64,000 bases of DNA from an uncultured virus (IMG/VR IMGVR_UViG_2061766007_000813) (IMGVR_UViG_2061766007_000813), one strand, 5' to 3'; counted from the first letter of the stretch, positions 1 to 11,318 are shown. Notes: a model not told the origin generated them from the sequence alone. Numbers and translations are program-made.

Positions 1-1316
1 GGCTTGGACAGATAAGCAGGGGCACGCATCTTCTCGTTGTCGATGGCGGAATACGCACGGTCTTCAGCATTCCTCTTCATGGATTCAAGATTGCCAGCAA
101 TGTCGGAACCGCCACCGCCATTATACAAATCATTGGCGGAGATGGCGAAGATGAGCTTGCCGTACCACATGGTCTGGGCGAGAATCAAATGCTCGCACAT
201 CATGGCTATCACAAGGTCTGCGCTGATGCCGTACCATGATTCTGGAAGCGTGTCAACCGTATAGCTGGTGGGCTGACCAGAGCCACGGAAGTTCATGGTT
301 CCGATGGAGCGTTTGACAAAGGAAATCATCGTCTCTGCCGTAAACCAGTTGAAGTTGTATGTGCATACTAGCGTATCGGCTGAAGATACCTCCCATTTCG
401 GGATGATGAATCCTTCCTTATAATTAATTTCATACATTGAGCCATCCAACTGGATGTCGGAACCGTTCAAAAAGACTTGAGGTGGATACGCTGCGTTCCA
501 GTGATGGTATGAAAAATGGAAGTTGCCGTCGCTCGCCTTGTTAGCGGTTTCATAATGGCACATGATTTCACAGAACGGCCACATTTCTGGATAGACCATC
601 TCGTTCACGATGGTGTCGATGGACGACGTGCCAGAACTGATTGGAACGATGAAATTGTGAATCAATTCCCCTGTGGACTCTGAACTTCCTCCAGACGAAT
701 TAGATGCCCCAAGACCTATTGCCTTCGTCCAAGTAGCCCCTCCGTCATTGCTGACCTGCATGTACTTGTCGTCATCGGTCAGAGTTGCGTGCCAGTCATC
801 ATCATTTCCTGTCTCGGAATACCTGATTTCAATAAGACAATTGCAACTACTGCCACTGTTATTTCCACCAGACGAACCCCCTTTAATGAATTTTATCTTC
901 CATTGGTCGGAAGGTTCGACCAAAAGACCAGAAATCAATGTCCCGTCCACTCCGTCCTTGACATGCGGTCTCATGACTGGGAACGAGATTTCGCCATTTT
1001 CGTCTATGACAAAGAAATCGCCTGGTTCCACCCCCTCGATGAACAGCTCCCCGTTCAGCACGTCGTCGGTGCCGAATGTGAAATCCTGTAGCGAATTATT
1101 GCAGTTGGCGAAGAATTTCACGCGGTATTCGCTTCCACCGTAGAAACTCAGCCCAGACACGATTGCGCCCTGCACGCCATCCTTCACCCCGTTTCTCATG
1201 GTTGGGAAGCACAGTTCACCGTTCCAGTCGAAAATGAAGAAATCACCCACTTCCACGCCTTCGATGAAAAGCTCGCCGTTGACGAGATTAGATTCGCTGA
1301 AATAGAAATCCTGCAT
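1..1316 (-). CDS. Partial (runs off window start) virion structural protein, possibly neck/head-tail connector, with two N-terminal tandem repeats
   Basis: Not in the ORF track. Hand translation from ATG 1316 (GGAG upstream) stays open to base 1: MQDFYFSESNLVNGELFIEGVEVGDFF... repeated as QDFTFGTDDVLNGELFIEGVEPGDFF. The neck function is a guess from the helical C-terminal part. Confidence 0.6.
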   Translation of the reverse strand, partial: MQDFYFSESNLVNGELFIEGVEVGDFFIFDWNGELCFPTMRNGVKDGVQGAIVSGLSFYGGSEYRVKFFANCNNSLQDFTFGTDDVLNGELFIEGVEPGDFFVIDENGEISFPVMRPHVKDGVDGTLISGLLVEPSDQWKIKFIKGGSSGGNNSGSSCNCLIEIRYSETGNDDDWHATLTDDDKYMQVSNDGGATWTKAIGLGASNSSGGSSESTGELIHNFIVPISSGTSSIDTIVNEMVYPEMWPFCEIMCHYETANKASDGNFHFSYHHWNAAYPPQVFLNGSDIQLDGSMYEINYKEGFIIPKWEVSSADTLVCTYNFNWFTAETMISFVKRSIGTMNFRGSGQPTSYTVDTLPESWYGISADLVIAMMCEHLILAQTMWYGKLIFAISANDLYNGGGGSDIAGNLESMKRNAEDRAYSAIDNEKMRAPAYLSK

Positions 1317-1338
1317 ATTGCGTAAACTCCTGATAAAG

Positions 1339-1373
1339 AAAAAACCGTGATATTCCTTAAAATACCACGGTTT
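1339..1373 (-). terminator. Intrinsic terminator-like hairpin
   Basis: Minus strand AAACCGTGGTATT-TAAGG-AATATCACGGTTTTTT. Confidence 0.6.
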
Positions 1374-1395
1374 ATAATCAAAAAGTTAGGAACAG

Positions 1396-1650
1396 TTATT
1401 TGACAGATTCCCAGTTGTCCTTCATTTTATCGCCAGCTTCCTTCTGCTGTTTCCTCATGGAGGAGTTGAGCTTCCTCGCGCCGTCGCCAGTGACATGCCC
1501 GTGCGTGTCGTACATGCTGACGTATGGCATGCCGAATGTCCTCTTGGCGGTTCTTCCGTCGTCGAGCGTGATTTCCTTCGGGCATTCGCCCATCGGGAAG
1601 CGTTTCTCGACGACTTCGCCATCCTCTGTCTTAAAGGAGTAGAGAATCAT
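1396..1650 (-). CDS. Small protein, FmdB-like (degenerate zinc ribbon)
   Basis: Likely start MILYSFKTEDGEVVEKRFPMGECP at 1650, directly after the upstream stop; FmdB-like spacing but most Cys are absent. Confidence 0.5.
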   Translation of the reverse strand: MILYSFKTEDGEVVEKRFPMGECPKEITLDDGRTAKRTFGMPYVSMYDTHGHVTGDGARKLNSSMRKQQKEAGDKMKDNWESVK

Positions 1651-1651
1651 C

Positions 1652-2446
1652 TCAGTTGCTCTCCTTGCTCTGGGCGCGTTTAGCCTCGATGGACTTCTTT
1701 CTGGCTTCGGCGGCAGCTTTCGCCCTTTCGCTGGAGGCGGTCGAGTCCTTCGGGCGTTTCGCCACAAGCGACCTGCCAGAAGCGACGGATTTCGTATCCG
1801 CGTCTCCCTTTCCGATTTTCTTCACAACCGTGCCTTCGCCGTTGATTTGCGCCGCCACGTCGTCCTTGGCATCCTCGTTGGAGGCGAGACCGAACGGCTT
1901 TCTTGTAGCCGTCTTCGGGCGAATCTTGCTGATTTCCTGAGAATCCTCGTCGCTGTTGACGACCTTCATGATTTCCTTCGGGGTGTCTGCTTTCAAACCA
2001 GTCGCCTCATTCGCGACGACTTTCAGACCACGGGATTCGGTGTCGTCCTGCTTCTCATAGGAGACCGTCAGCTTTTCCCTTTCCTGCTTGCGCTTCGCGT
2101 CGCGGACTTCCTTCTTCGTGTCGGAGATGTCTATCTCCTTCGGCATCACGTCCATGTCGGACTTGTGGACTTCCATCTTCTTGTCCTGCAACTCCTGCAC
2201 CTTCTTGGGCAACTTGATGGTGGAATCAACTTCTGTCTCGCCCTCGACATACGGGATGACGTAGCCTGCCTTGATTCCCAAATCGATATCGCTGATGTTG
2301 TCGTGGGGAACGCCGTTGATTTCGACGGTCTTGTTCTTCCTGTCAACAACGATGATAGTTCCCTTCCGCACCGATGTCTTCAAACTTCCGAAATGCACCT
2401 GCGCGTTGAGAATGTACTTTTCAGTCTTGTCTTTGCTCATGTTCAT
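1652..2446 (-). CDS. Hypothetical protein with a charged, low-complexity C-terminus
   Basis: 264-aa ORF with AGGAG SD. Confidence 0.7.
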   Translation of the reverse strand: MNMSKDKTEKYILNAQVHFGSLKTSVRKGTIIVVDRKNKTVEINGVPHDNISDIDLGIKAGYVIPYVEGETEVDSTIKLPKKVQELQDKKMEVHKSDMDVMPKEIDISDTKKEVRDAKRKQEREKLTVSYEKQDDTESRGLKVVANEATGLKADTPKEIMKVVNSDEDSQEISKIRPKTATRKPFGLASNEDAKDDVAAQINGEGTVVKKIGKGDADTKSVASGRSLVAKRPKDSTASSERAKAAAEARKKSIEAKRAQSKESN

Positions 2447-2499
2447 ACTCCTTTTTGTACTTTTACCAAAAAATGCCTTTTTAAAATTAATATGGCATA

Positions 2500-2733
2500 T
2501 TATACCATTTCCGCATCATGGAAAATGAATATCACGTCGTATTTGTCCAATTCCGATATCTCTATCGTCTTCTTATGCTCGTTCACCAGATACGTGCATT
2601 CATTGCAGGATGCCTTGTCATCATCGCCACTCCTGAAAAGATTGGCTTTGCTGATGTTGCAATGATACACATTGTATTCCTTGTTCTTCTTTCTAAAATT
2701 GTTCGCGTTCGCCACGCTCATTCGCCTGTACAT
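2500..2733 (-). CDS. Hypothetical protein
   Basis: 77-aa ORF with GGAGG SD, packed in the operon. Confidence 0.6.
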   Translation of the reverse strand: MYRRMSVANANNFRKKNKEYNVYHCNISKANLFRSGDDDKASCNECTYLVNEHKKTIEISELDKYDVIFIFHDAEMV

Positions 2734-2747
2734 GGTATGCCCTCCAT

Positions 2748-3473
2748 TTACCTCGAAAGCGAAGCCTTGAGCCTCTTCTTGTATTCATCATGGATGCATA
2801 TCTTGCAGTTCTTACATATTATACCTTTGTATTCGAGGTTTTTGATGTCGCCATTATAGGATGCAAGAATGCTTTCCAACATGTCCATGTAGTTTCTGCA
2901 AAACACAATCGAGAAGCTCAGTATGGCACGCATACGCTCCGTATTGTTAGGATAATGGTATTCGGAGAAGCAGATGACCTTGAGCATGTCCGCCAGCACG
3001 ACGCGCATATGCGTGCGTTGCCTCTCCATGTTGTTCAACACGAATTCGGGTATTCCATTGGCGATGGACGTGGTGTTCGCCTCATTGCTGGCATCGTCCA
3101 GCGTGGAGATGATTTTCAGATAGAATTCCTGTTGAGACGGATAGACATCCTTGTTGTCAAGGTCGGTCGTGGCGAGTTCATAGAGCTTTTTCCTGAAGAG
3201 CTTCATCCGCTCGATTAAAATATCCCTGTACAAAGCCCTTCTCAATGAGCATTCGCATTTGAAGTCGTTTACAAGCGTATGCTCGATGATGTAGTCGAAT
3301 TCCTTGAATGCGGTGTGGTCTTTCAGCGGGACGAACTTCTTCTTTCCTTCAAACCACTTGGCGGACAGCTTCTTCCACAAATCCTTGGCGATATACAATA
3401 CGATAATAACAGCCAAAGTCGTGTAGATGCCGTATTCCTTCAAAAGTTCTGTAAGAAAAGATTTCTCTTCCAT
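2748..3473 (-). CDS. Membrane-anchored protein (single N-terminal TM helix); holin-like candidate
   Basis: GIYTTLAVIIVLYIA hydrophobic segment followed by a soluble helical domain; function is a guess. Confidence 0.5.
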   Translation of the reverse strand: MEEKSFLTELLKEYGIYTTLAVIIVLYIAKDLWKKLSAKWFEGKKKFVPLKDHTAFKEFDYIIEHTLVNDFKCECSLRRALYRDILIERMKLFRKKLYELATTDLDNKDVYPSQQEFYLKIISTLDDASNEANTTSIANGIPEFVLNNMERQRTHMRVVLADMLKVICFSEYHYPNNTERMRAILSFSIVFCRNYMDMLESILASYNGDIKNLEYKGIICKNCKICIHDEYKKRLKASLSR

Positions 3474-3479
3474 TGTCTG

Positions 3480-3755
3480 TTACTCCCTGTAAGCCCCGTC
3501 GCGGAAAATGTTGTCGCGTATCAAATTCTTGACTTCAGCACGTTTCGCAGCGTATGCCTTCGGCTCAACCAATGTCTTGCCGTTCATATAATTGTTTTTC
3601 AGGTCGTCGAATTCCTGTTCGGACAAATCCGTCTCGAACACGAACAGTAGGACTTTCTTCCTGTATCCGTATTTCAATTCCGTTCCAGCGAATTCTATTT
3701 TATCCTGGACCCAGAAGAATGCAGCCTCGTCGGCATCTTTTGTCTTGATTTTCAT
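3480..3755 (-). CDS. DUF5659-like phage protein
   Basis: TKDADEAAFF...LFVFE...YMNGKTLVEPKAY pattern; ATG 3755 preferred over 3776. Confidence 0.55.
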   Translation of the reverse strand: MKIKTKDADEAAFFWVQDKIEFAGTELKYGYRKKVLLFVFETDLSEQEFDDLKNNYMNGKTLVEPKAYAAKRAEVKNLIRDNIFRDGAYRE

Positions 3756-3989
3756 TTTACCGCATCCTCTCGTCAATCAGACAGAAGCACTGTCCTGTCA
3801 TACTTGCGTCAAACTTTACTCTTAACAAGATATAAATATAAGTAAAAAAATAGAATTCCAGGTATAAAAACGTGAAAACCCCTGAAAACCAACTTCATAA
3901 CTTATACAATATTACCGCCTTGTCAAGAAATCGCAAACGCAAGAAATTTCCGCATTGTTTTATAACGACGGCACCTTTTGCTTCGAATG

Positions 3990-4442
3990 CTATTTCGACA
4001 CTGGACTGATGCCGTTCCAGAAGTCAAGGCTGTTTGCTTCCAGCCTTTCATGAAGTTCCCTAGCCATCTTGATTTCCTTGTACCGTTTCGGACTGAAAAA
4101 CCCGTGGCGTTGCTTGACGCAGACGATGCAATTCTCAAGGAACTGCCCGTTGACCTTGCGCATGGCGGACTCGCTCCTGTCCTTCTGGAGATTGTACTGC
4201 ATGTCCAGCAGAAATACTGCTGGGTCGAAATCTCGGAAGTCGGTCTTGCTGAAATCAGGAATGATGGATTCAATAATCCTCCACAACCAGTTGCCACCGC
4301 ATTCCCCATATAGTTTCGTGATACAGCTCACCTTCACGCCTTTCATGACTTCAATTCCTTTGAACTTGTGCTTGTGGCAGTAAGTTCCGAGCGTCCGAGC
4401 CTGATTGATGAGCAGATTGTGGTTTTCAGAAAAATTTCTCAT
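3990..4442 (-). CDS. Hypothetical protein
   Basis: 150-aa ORF with AGGAGG upstream. Confidence 0.65.
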   Translation of the reverse strand: MRNFSENHNLLINQARTLGTYCHKHKFKGIEVMKGVKVSCITKLYGECGGNWLWRIIESIIPDFSKTDFRDFDPAVFLLDMQYNLQKDRSESAMRKVNGQFLENCIVCVKQRHGFFSPKRYKEIKMARELHERLEANSLDFWNGISPVSK

Positions 4443-4509
4443 GACCCATGCGACCTCCTGTGATTATATGAAGATGATTGTAAAACACAATAAAGTTATT
4501 TTACAAAAT

Positions 4510-4542
4510 AAAAAAGGGAATCTTGAACAGATTCCCTTTTTT
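4510..4542. terminator. Intrinsic terminator (potentially bidirectional)
   Basis: aaaaaagggaatc-ttgaaca-gattccctttttt. Confidence 0.75.
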
Positions 4543-4564
4543 ATAATAATTTTACTTAAAATTA

Positions 4565-5521
4565 TTAGCTACCACAACCACTAGTACGCAGTTGAACGCT
4601 TATCGAGCCACCAATTGAACCAAGTCCTGTATAATTACCAGCAGGGTTGTTAAGAGAAAGATTGCTTGTTTTTCCAAATGAACCGCTCGGCAATGTGCTT
4701 CCATCGTTAATGGACGTTGAAGTAGTAATGAATTCCCAATATCCATATGTTGTATCTTCGCTTGTCTTCTTTCTACGAATAAGATAATAATGGCTGTCTT
4801 TCGTCGGTTCATAATATATCGGTGCCCCATTAAGCACATAGTTACCATAACGCGTATACATACCAGTATAACTAGAGCCATCACCAAGACCAGAAACGTC
4901 CCATTGCTTAGATGCCATTCCGCTGTCGTACAGGTCTCCACCCCAGACATCGGGGATTCCTTCCTCTTCTTCAACGGGGCTTGAGCTGGAGGATGCCGTA
5001 CCGCTAATCACAATCGTCGATGTCGCGCCAGAATTCGCACTTGATGTCTTGTCATATGTTCCTACAGGACTGAATGACGAGGATGAAGAAGAACTTTCTC
5101 TGTAATGATACTTGGTCTCGGATGGAGAAGAGTTTATCTGCCAGCGATTGCCATTGCTGTCCTCAGTGAAAAGATACATGCTTCCATCTGTCTTCTTATA
5201 GACGCTGAAACCCCTGTGATATGTATTTTCAATCTGTGTGTAAGTCCCGTTGTATGCAGTTGTTCCACCTGTCACAATATAGCTTTCCTCCAAACTCGCA
5301 TTAAGCGGATTCACATAGCTTCCATCACCACCACCGCCAGCAGCGAGACCAAGACTATACTGATAATTTGCAACATCGGTGATGTATCCTGGGACTTGTC
5401 CGAACGTCATCGACGAAGGAATCGTCTCGTTGTACTTGCTTTGAAGAGCGGTACGGATATTACTTCTCTTCGTTGTCAATTGATTAACGGCAGAAGTTAT
5501 TATTTCATCAATCGTAGGCAT
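4565..5521 (-). CDS. Virion fibre-associated protein with two related beta-rich domains
   Basis: 318 aa, Ser/Gly/Thr-rich; YNGTYT...PVGTY repeated as YTGMYT...PAGNY; follows a fibre gene. Confidence 0.65.
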   Translation of the reverse strand: MPTIDEIITSAVNQLTTKRSNIRTALQSKYNETIPSSMTFGQVPGYITDVANYQYSLGLAAGGGGDGSYVNPLNASLEESYIVTGGTTAYNGTYTQIENTYHRGFSVYKKTDGSMYLFTEDSNGNRWQINSSPSETKYHYRESSSSSSSFSPVGTYDKTSSANSGATSTIVISGTASSSSSPVEEEEGIPDVWGGDLYDSGMASKQWDVSGLGDGSSYTGMYTRYGNYVLNGAPIYYEPTKDSHYYLIRRKKTSEDTTYGYWEFITTSTSINDGSTLPSGSFGKTSNLSLNNPAGNYTGLGSIGGSISVQLRTSGCGS

Positions 5522-5569
5522 GTTTTTTATTCCTTGTAATTAAATGCTATACATTTTATTTCAATTATT

Positions 5570-8500
5570 TTACAAGCTGGCAATCTGGTTGGCGAGATAG
5601 TTGATAGCAGACCAAATCGCGCTACCTGCAACAGGGTTCGTTCCATTCTGGGTAATGGTTCCATCAACCGTAACGCTTCCGCCACCGCCACCAGCCGCCG
5701 CGATGGTGACTGTGGAATTGTTGACGCTCAACGTGACGTTCGTTCCGCCGACCATACTAACCACCGTACTACCCGAAACAGTGAAACCAGCAGTACCACC
5801 ACCGCCTCCGATGGTCGGCTTGTTGGAGAGGTCGTTGTAGTTACCTGTGAAGGCGACCTTAGCGATGTCTTCATATTCCACCTTGCTGTTGAGCCTGTTT
5901 TCAACAAAGCTGTAGATTGCGCTACCAGCAACAGCTGTAGTGCCGTTGGAGGCGACTGCATTCGACACCGTGACGGTCTGGGCTGTTGCGCTCAGCACGC
6001 CGTTTGTGATGGCAAGACCATTACCGACCTTGATAACACCGAATTTTCCTGTCGTGGCAAAAGGAATCGTGATATTTGAATTAGCATTTTGATTAAGTGT
6101 AAAGCTACCAGCTTTATTTGTTGTATCAGCAGTACCAGCATAAATCGTCACAGTGCTATTGTAGACACCGCCAGCAGTAGTAGCGTAAGTGGCAGAAGAA
6201 ACCACTCCCTTAACATTTCCAGCGGCAACACCACCTGCTGATGTGGCATACGTTGCAGATGAAACCACGCCATAGACATTCCCAGCAGCGACATTTCCAG
6301 TAGAAGTAGCATAAGTGGCAGAAGAAACAATACCATAAACGTTACCAGCCGCCACTTTTCCAGTTGACGTAGCATATGTTGCTGATTTCACCACACCAGT
6401 ACCACTTGCACTAACATAGATTGAGGTAATCATGTCACCATTACCCTTATTGCCAACCGATGTTTCCAGTGCATTGATTTTAGCGGAAATCGTGGAAGCT
6501 CCCGTTGCCGTGTCAATCTTGATATCAACACCTGTCAACGATATATTGTTGGAAAGGTTCTGACCATTGATGGTTGTGGATTTTTTCACATAGCTGTCAA
6601 TTCCCGTCATGGTTCCCGCTGTTCCAGCATACGTGGCGGAGGAAACTACACCGTAAACGTTGCCTGCCGCCACCTTTCCTGTGGAAGTCGCATACGTCGC
6701 AGAAGAAACAATGCCATAGACATTGCCTGCTGTCACACCACCAGCAGAAGTAGCATACGTAGCGGATGATACGACACCATAGACACCTCCTGCCGCTACT
6801 TTACCAGCAGAAGTCGCATATCCTGCATATGAAGCCGACTTTACTACACTGTTTCCATTTACATAATCACTGGTGTGCATGTTACCAGTTGCTGCCGTAA
6901 CCCATTCAGTAGCAGTACCATTTGATACAACTTGGAGGAACTTACCATTATCCGTGGAACTGTAGCCTGGAAGCACTGCGCTTCCGTCAGCCGTCAAGTC
7001 AACACCCCATTCAGGAACACCATTGACGATTTTAAGAACTTTACCGTTGTCATACCCTGCCGTACTTGGAACATGTATCAAGCTGTTGGAAATATGCGTG
7101 TCGAGGTCGTCGACCTTTCCAGCCTTCGTAGCATACGTGGCAGATGATACAATTCCATAAACACCTCCTGCCGCTACTTTACCAGTGGAAGTCGCATACG
7201 ACGCAGAGGAAACAATGCCCTTCACATTATCTGCTGCCACACCACCTGCTGATGTAGCATACGTAGCAGAAGAAACCACGCCATAGACACCTCCTGCCGC
7301 TACTTTACCCGTTGAAGTTGCATAAGTGGCAGATTTCACCACGCCAGTACCACTTGCACTGACATAGATTGAGGTAATCATGTCGCCATTGCCGTTATTG
7401 GCAATGGAATTCTCCAATGCGCTGAGTTTTGCCGAAATCGTAACCGCATTCGTTGTCGTGTCAACTTTGAAGTCAACACCTGTCAGCGATATATTATTAG
7501 AGAGATTCTTGCCATTGATAGTCGTGGATTTCTTAACATAGCTGTCAATACCTGTCATGGTTTCAGCAGTACCAGCATACGTGGCTGACGAGACAATCCC
7601 ATATACATTCGTGGCTGAAACTCCGCCAGCGGATGTGGCATAAGTGGCGGATGATACAACTCCGTAAACACCACCTGCTGCCACCTTTCCTGTGGAAGTC
7701 GCATAGGTGGCTGACTTGACCACGCCAGTACCGCTTGCACTGACGTAGATGGAAGTAATCATGTCACCATTGCCTTTATTACCCACCGATGTTTCCAGCG
7801 CGTTGATTTTTGCCGAAATCGTAGAAGCTCCTGTTGCTGTGTCAATCTTAATATCGGCACCAGTCAGAGTCACACTGTTTGAGAGGTTCTTTCCGTTGAT
7901 GGTTGTGTTCTTCTGAACATATCCGTCAATACCAGTCATAGTAGTAGCGGTGGTTGCGGTTCCAGCAGTCGTAGCATACGACGCGGAGGACACAACACCC
8001 TTAACATTGCCTGCCGCCACGCCACCTGCTGATGTGGCATATGTTGCAGATGAAACAACTCCCTTCACATTATCTGCCGCCACACCACCTGCCGAAGTCG
8101 CGTATGTGGCGGATGATACGATACCGTAAACACCACCAGCAGCGATTTTACCCGTGGAAGTGGCGTAAGTAGCAGAAGAAACGATACCATAAACGTTGCC
8201 AGCGGCAACGCCACCTGCCGATGTAGCATGGGTAGCCGAAGACACAACTCCGTAAACACCACCTGCCGCCACTTTGCCAGTCGAAGTGGCGTAAGTGGCA
8301 CTTTTCACCACACCGTTTCCATTTACATACTCACTGGTATGCATGTTACCAGTTGCTGCCGTGACCCATCCTGTCGCAGTACCATTGGACATGACTTGCA
8401 AGAACTTACCTTCATCTGTCGAACCGTAGCCTGGAAGCACCGCACTGCCATCGGCTGTAAGGTCAACTCCCCATTCAGGAACGCCACCGACGATTTTAAG

Positions 8501-9142
8501 AACGCTTCCAGCATCTTTTCCAGCCGTGCTTGGCACATGAATCGCCGTGTTTGAAATATGCGTGTCAAGGTCGTCGACCTTTCCAGCCTTCGTAGCATAT
8601 GTCGCAGAGGAAACTATGCCAACCACACTTGTACCTGCCACGGCATAGGCGGAACTCGTCTTGGTTGCGAATGTAGCGGAGGAAACAATTCCGTAAACAT
8701 TGCCTGCTGTCACGCCTCCTGCCGAAGTCGCATAAATAGCAGAATTAACGGCGTTGACCCATGTAATCGTGCCGTTGGTACCAGCTTTCAAGACCTGTCC
8801 AGACGTACCGCTTGTGGAAGGAAGAGCACTCACTACCACTGGGATGTCCGAGATTTCAGACCATCCTACGGAAGCAAGACCAGCATCGCCCCAATAGGTT
8901 CCGCCATTACCGCTCGTCTTCAAGACCTGACCAGCCGTGCCGTTCGTGGACGGCTTCGACACCTTTCCAGAGTCATTGGCATTGATGACAAGAACACCTG
9001 TGGCATTGGATGTCAGCGTCACGTTGCTTCCGTTTTTGATTGTCGTGAAATTCGAGCCGAGAAGCGCATTGCCACTCGACACCTTAATGCCTGTCAAAAG
9101 GGCGTTGCCGTTAAGGTCTTTTGGATTGCCTATCTTTGCCAT
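5570..9142 (-). CDS. Long repetitive fibre protein
   Basis: 1190 aa; 21-aa GVVSSATYATSAGGVAAGNVY repeats, larger duplicated blocks and fibre-type motifs (GVIKVGNGL, VAFTGNYNDLSNKP). Confidence 0.8.
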   Translation of the reverse strand: MAKIGNPKDLNGNALLTGIKVSSGNALLGSNFTTIKNGSNVTLTSNATGVLVINANDSGKVSKPSTNGTAGQVLKTSGNGGTYWGDAGLASVGWSEISDIPVVVSALPSTSGTSGQVLKAGTNGTITWVNAVNSAIYATSAGGVTAGNVYGIVSSATFATKTSSAYAVAGTSVVGIVSSATYATKAGKVDDLDTHISNTAIHVPSTAGKDAGSVLKIVGGVPEWGVDLTADGSAVLPGYGSTDEGKFLQVMSNGTATGWVTAATGNMHTSEYVNGNGVVKSATYATSTGKVAAGGVYGVVSSATHATSAGGVAAGNVYGIVSSATYATSTGKIAAGGVYGIVSSATYATSAGGVAADNVKGVVSSATYATSAGGVAAGNVKGVVSSASYATTAGTATTATTMTGIDGYVQKNTTINGKNLSNSVTLTGADIKIDTATGASTISAKINALETSVGNKGNGDMITSIYVSASGTGVVKSATYATSTGKVAAGGVYGVVSSATYATSAGGVSATNVYGIVSSATYAGTAETMTGIDSYVKKSTTINGKNLSNNISLTGVDFKVDTTTNAVTISAKLSALENSIANNGNGDMITSIYVSASGTGVVKSATYATSTGKVAAGGVYGVVSSATYATSAGGVAADNVKGIVSSASYATSTGKVAAGGVYGIVSSATYATKAGKVDDLDTHISNSLIHVPSTAGYDNGKVLKIVNGVPEWGVDLTADGSAVLPGYSSTDNGKFLQVVSNGTATEWVTAATGNMHTSDYVNGNSVVKSASYAGYATSAGKVAAGGVYGVVSSATYATSAGGVTAGNVYGIVSSATYATSTGKVAAGNVYGVVSSATYAGTAGTMTGIDSYVKKSTTINGQNLSNNISLTGVDIKIDTATGASTISAKINALETSVGNKGNGDMITSIYVSASGTGVVKSATYATSTGKVAAGNVYGIVSSATYATSTGNVAAGNVYGVVSSATYATSAGGVAAGNVKGVVSSATYATTAGGVYNSTVTIYAGTADTTNKAGSFTLNQNANSNITIPFATTGKFGVIKVGNGLAITNGVLSATAQTVTVSNAVASNGTTAVAGSAIYSFVENRLNSKVEYEDIAKVAFTGNYNDLSNKPTIGGGGGTAGFTVSGSTVVSMVGGTNVTLSVNNSTVTIAAAGGGGGSVTVDGTITQNGTNPVAGSAIWSAINYLANQIASL

Positions 9143-9268
9143 GCTTCAATTCCTCTTCTATGAACATGTTTCCTATTATAAAATCTTATCAGGCGGATGT
9201 AAAAACATCCATTCCATGCCTATGATATTATACACTTATTATAAATGAAAATTCAAAATGCGTAAAAC

Positions 9269-9302
9269 AAAAAATGCACGGTTTGTACAAACCGTGCATT
9301 TT
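9269..9302. terminator. Intrinsic terminator; 32-bp perfect palindrome
   Basis: aaaatgcacggtttgt|acaaaccgtgcatttt (9271-9302). Confidence 0.75.
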
Positions 9303-9360
9303 CGATGTTTCATGGAGGAAGGTCGTCGTATTTCAGGCGACCTCCAATTCCATTGTCTGA

Positions 9361-11318
9361 TTAGGGATTGACACCAGTGTAGTTAGGAGCAACCTTATCG
9401 GTACGAGCAGGAACATCAGGAGCCGTTGCTGCATCGCCTTGACCAACTGTTGTACTAGCATACACAGTTTCGAGGTCAGACCACTCAACGTCCTGAACAT
9501 CAACCGTAGTCGTGGCAGTTGCCGTAGCCGTGCTGTAGGAAGCATCCGTACCATTGCCAGCATTAACGTAACCAACAGTATTCGTAACAGCCACATAGGA
9601 GACTGTGTTATCGCCCTTCGTGTAGGCAGGCATCGTGGTAGTCGTAAGAGCAGGCAGAGCATCGGCGTAGATGACATCCCAGCCTTCAACATTTGTCTGT
9701 GTGGCACCGTAGTCAGCCGTAATCGTGTAAGTGTATTTTCCAGCATCATTACCCGTTAATTCTGTGCCTCTGACGATATCAGGATAGATTTCATCGCCAC
9801 CAGTTGTAGAAAAGACATTCAAAACATATTTTGCTGTGACCGTTGCTTGATAAACACCAGCAGAACCAGTAACAGGAGCAGGTGTGCACTGCGACACCTT
9901 GACTTCAACAGCATTGTTCAACTGTGTGCTACGGTTCGTGATGGCTGTGTTCAAAGCCGTCGATGTGCTGTCTCTGAAATTGCTAACAGCCGTCTGGACA
10001 TTTTCAATACTGGTCGAAACCGTGTTAGCAAAAGCTCCAACGCTCGTATTCAATCCATTAACAGTAGCAGAAACCTTGTCAGAAAGAGATGAAACACTTG
10101 CATTGACGCTCGTAACAGCTTCACTGACTTTCTTGTTGACAGTCGTAACAGCCGTCGTGACATTGTTATTGATAGTCGTAACCGTTGAACCAAGAGCAAG
10201 GTCAACATTGGAAACCACTTTATCAACAGCGGTTTCAACATACGAATTCATGTTGGTAATAGCTTCGCTCACCTGCGTATCAATGGTATCAACAGCACCA
10301 CCGACTGTCTGGATAGCAGTCTGAGCACTCGTCGCAACAGCAACAATACGGGCATTCAAATCAACAACAGCTTGTGAAGTCGCGCTACCAAGAGCAAGCA
10401 ACTCATCATTTGTTGCAGAAACGGCGGCAGAAGCCTTCAAATGCTCGTCGTTGACAGCATAGTTGATTGCACCCTGAATATCAGCGACTTCAATACCATT
10501 CGTGCCAATCGACAGGATGGAAGCGGATGTATTGGAAGCCGTGTAAACCTTGTTCGTGCCATCGACAACGACCGTAATCTTATTGGCGGCGAGTTCCGTG
10601 GCATTAATAGCACTGTTACCAGCCTTGTAGGAATCGAACAAATCATTGACATCAACATAAACAACCTTATCTGTATCCGTGGCTGTTCCGTCTGTCTCAC
10701 CATTGCCAGCAGCTTTGGTAAGTTCAAACGTAAGTTTCAACCAAGGATGCATAAAACCCTCTGCCTGTGCAGATTTTTCAGTGGCATCAGTACCAGCAGG
10801 TGTCGTGCCGTCGTCCTTACCATAAACAAGAACGGCATCTTTCAGGAACTGGTCTTTGATGATGTCAATTCTATCACCAACTGTATAGTAACCATCAACC
10901 GCACTGCTGTTTGCAGTGCCATTGTCTTTGATTCTCAACTCATAAGACGCAGCGAAGCCAGGAGTAATATCATTACCACTAAGTTTCACAATCTTGATAT
11001 CCGTGCTGATAACAGGGTCAAGAACATTTGTCTTATCAATATGGATACCGTCGCCAGCCNNNNNNNNNNNNNNNNNNNNNNNNNNATGGCTGTCAAATCA
11101 ACCGAAGAAACACCAGTTGTATGATTACCTTGAGCATCAACATCAGCCGTCGTGAAATTAATGACCCAGTCATCATCCGAATTACCCGTAAAATGAGTAT
11201 TAGATGCAAAACCGACATCTCCTGCGAATGTCATCGACTGAATCAGGCTGTCAAGTTCGTCGGCAGCGACGTATGCCTTACCCTTGAAATTTTTTGCTTT
11301 ATTAACTCTTACGCTCAT
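9361..11318 (-). CDS. Fibre-like structural protein with a coiled-coil shaft (one gene split by N-gap 11060-11085)
   Basis: The frame of ORF 9361..10989 stays open up to the gap (AGDGIHIDKTNVLDPVISTDIKIVKLS); the N-terminus MSVRVNKAKNFKG starts at 11318 with AGGAG SD. Confidence 0.75.
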
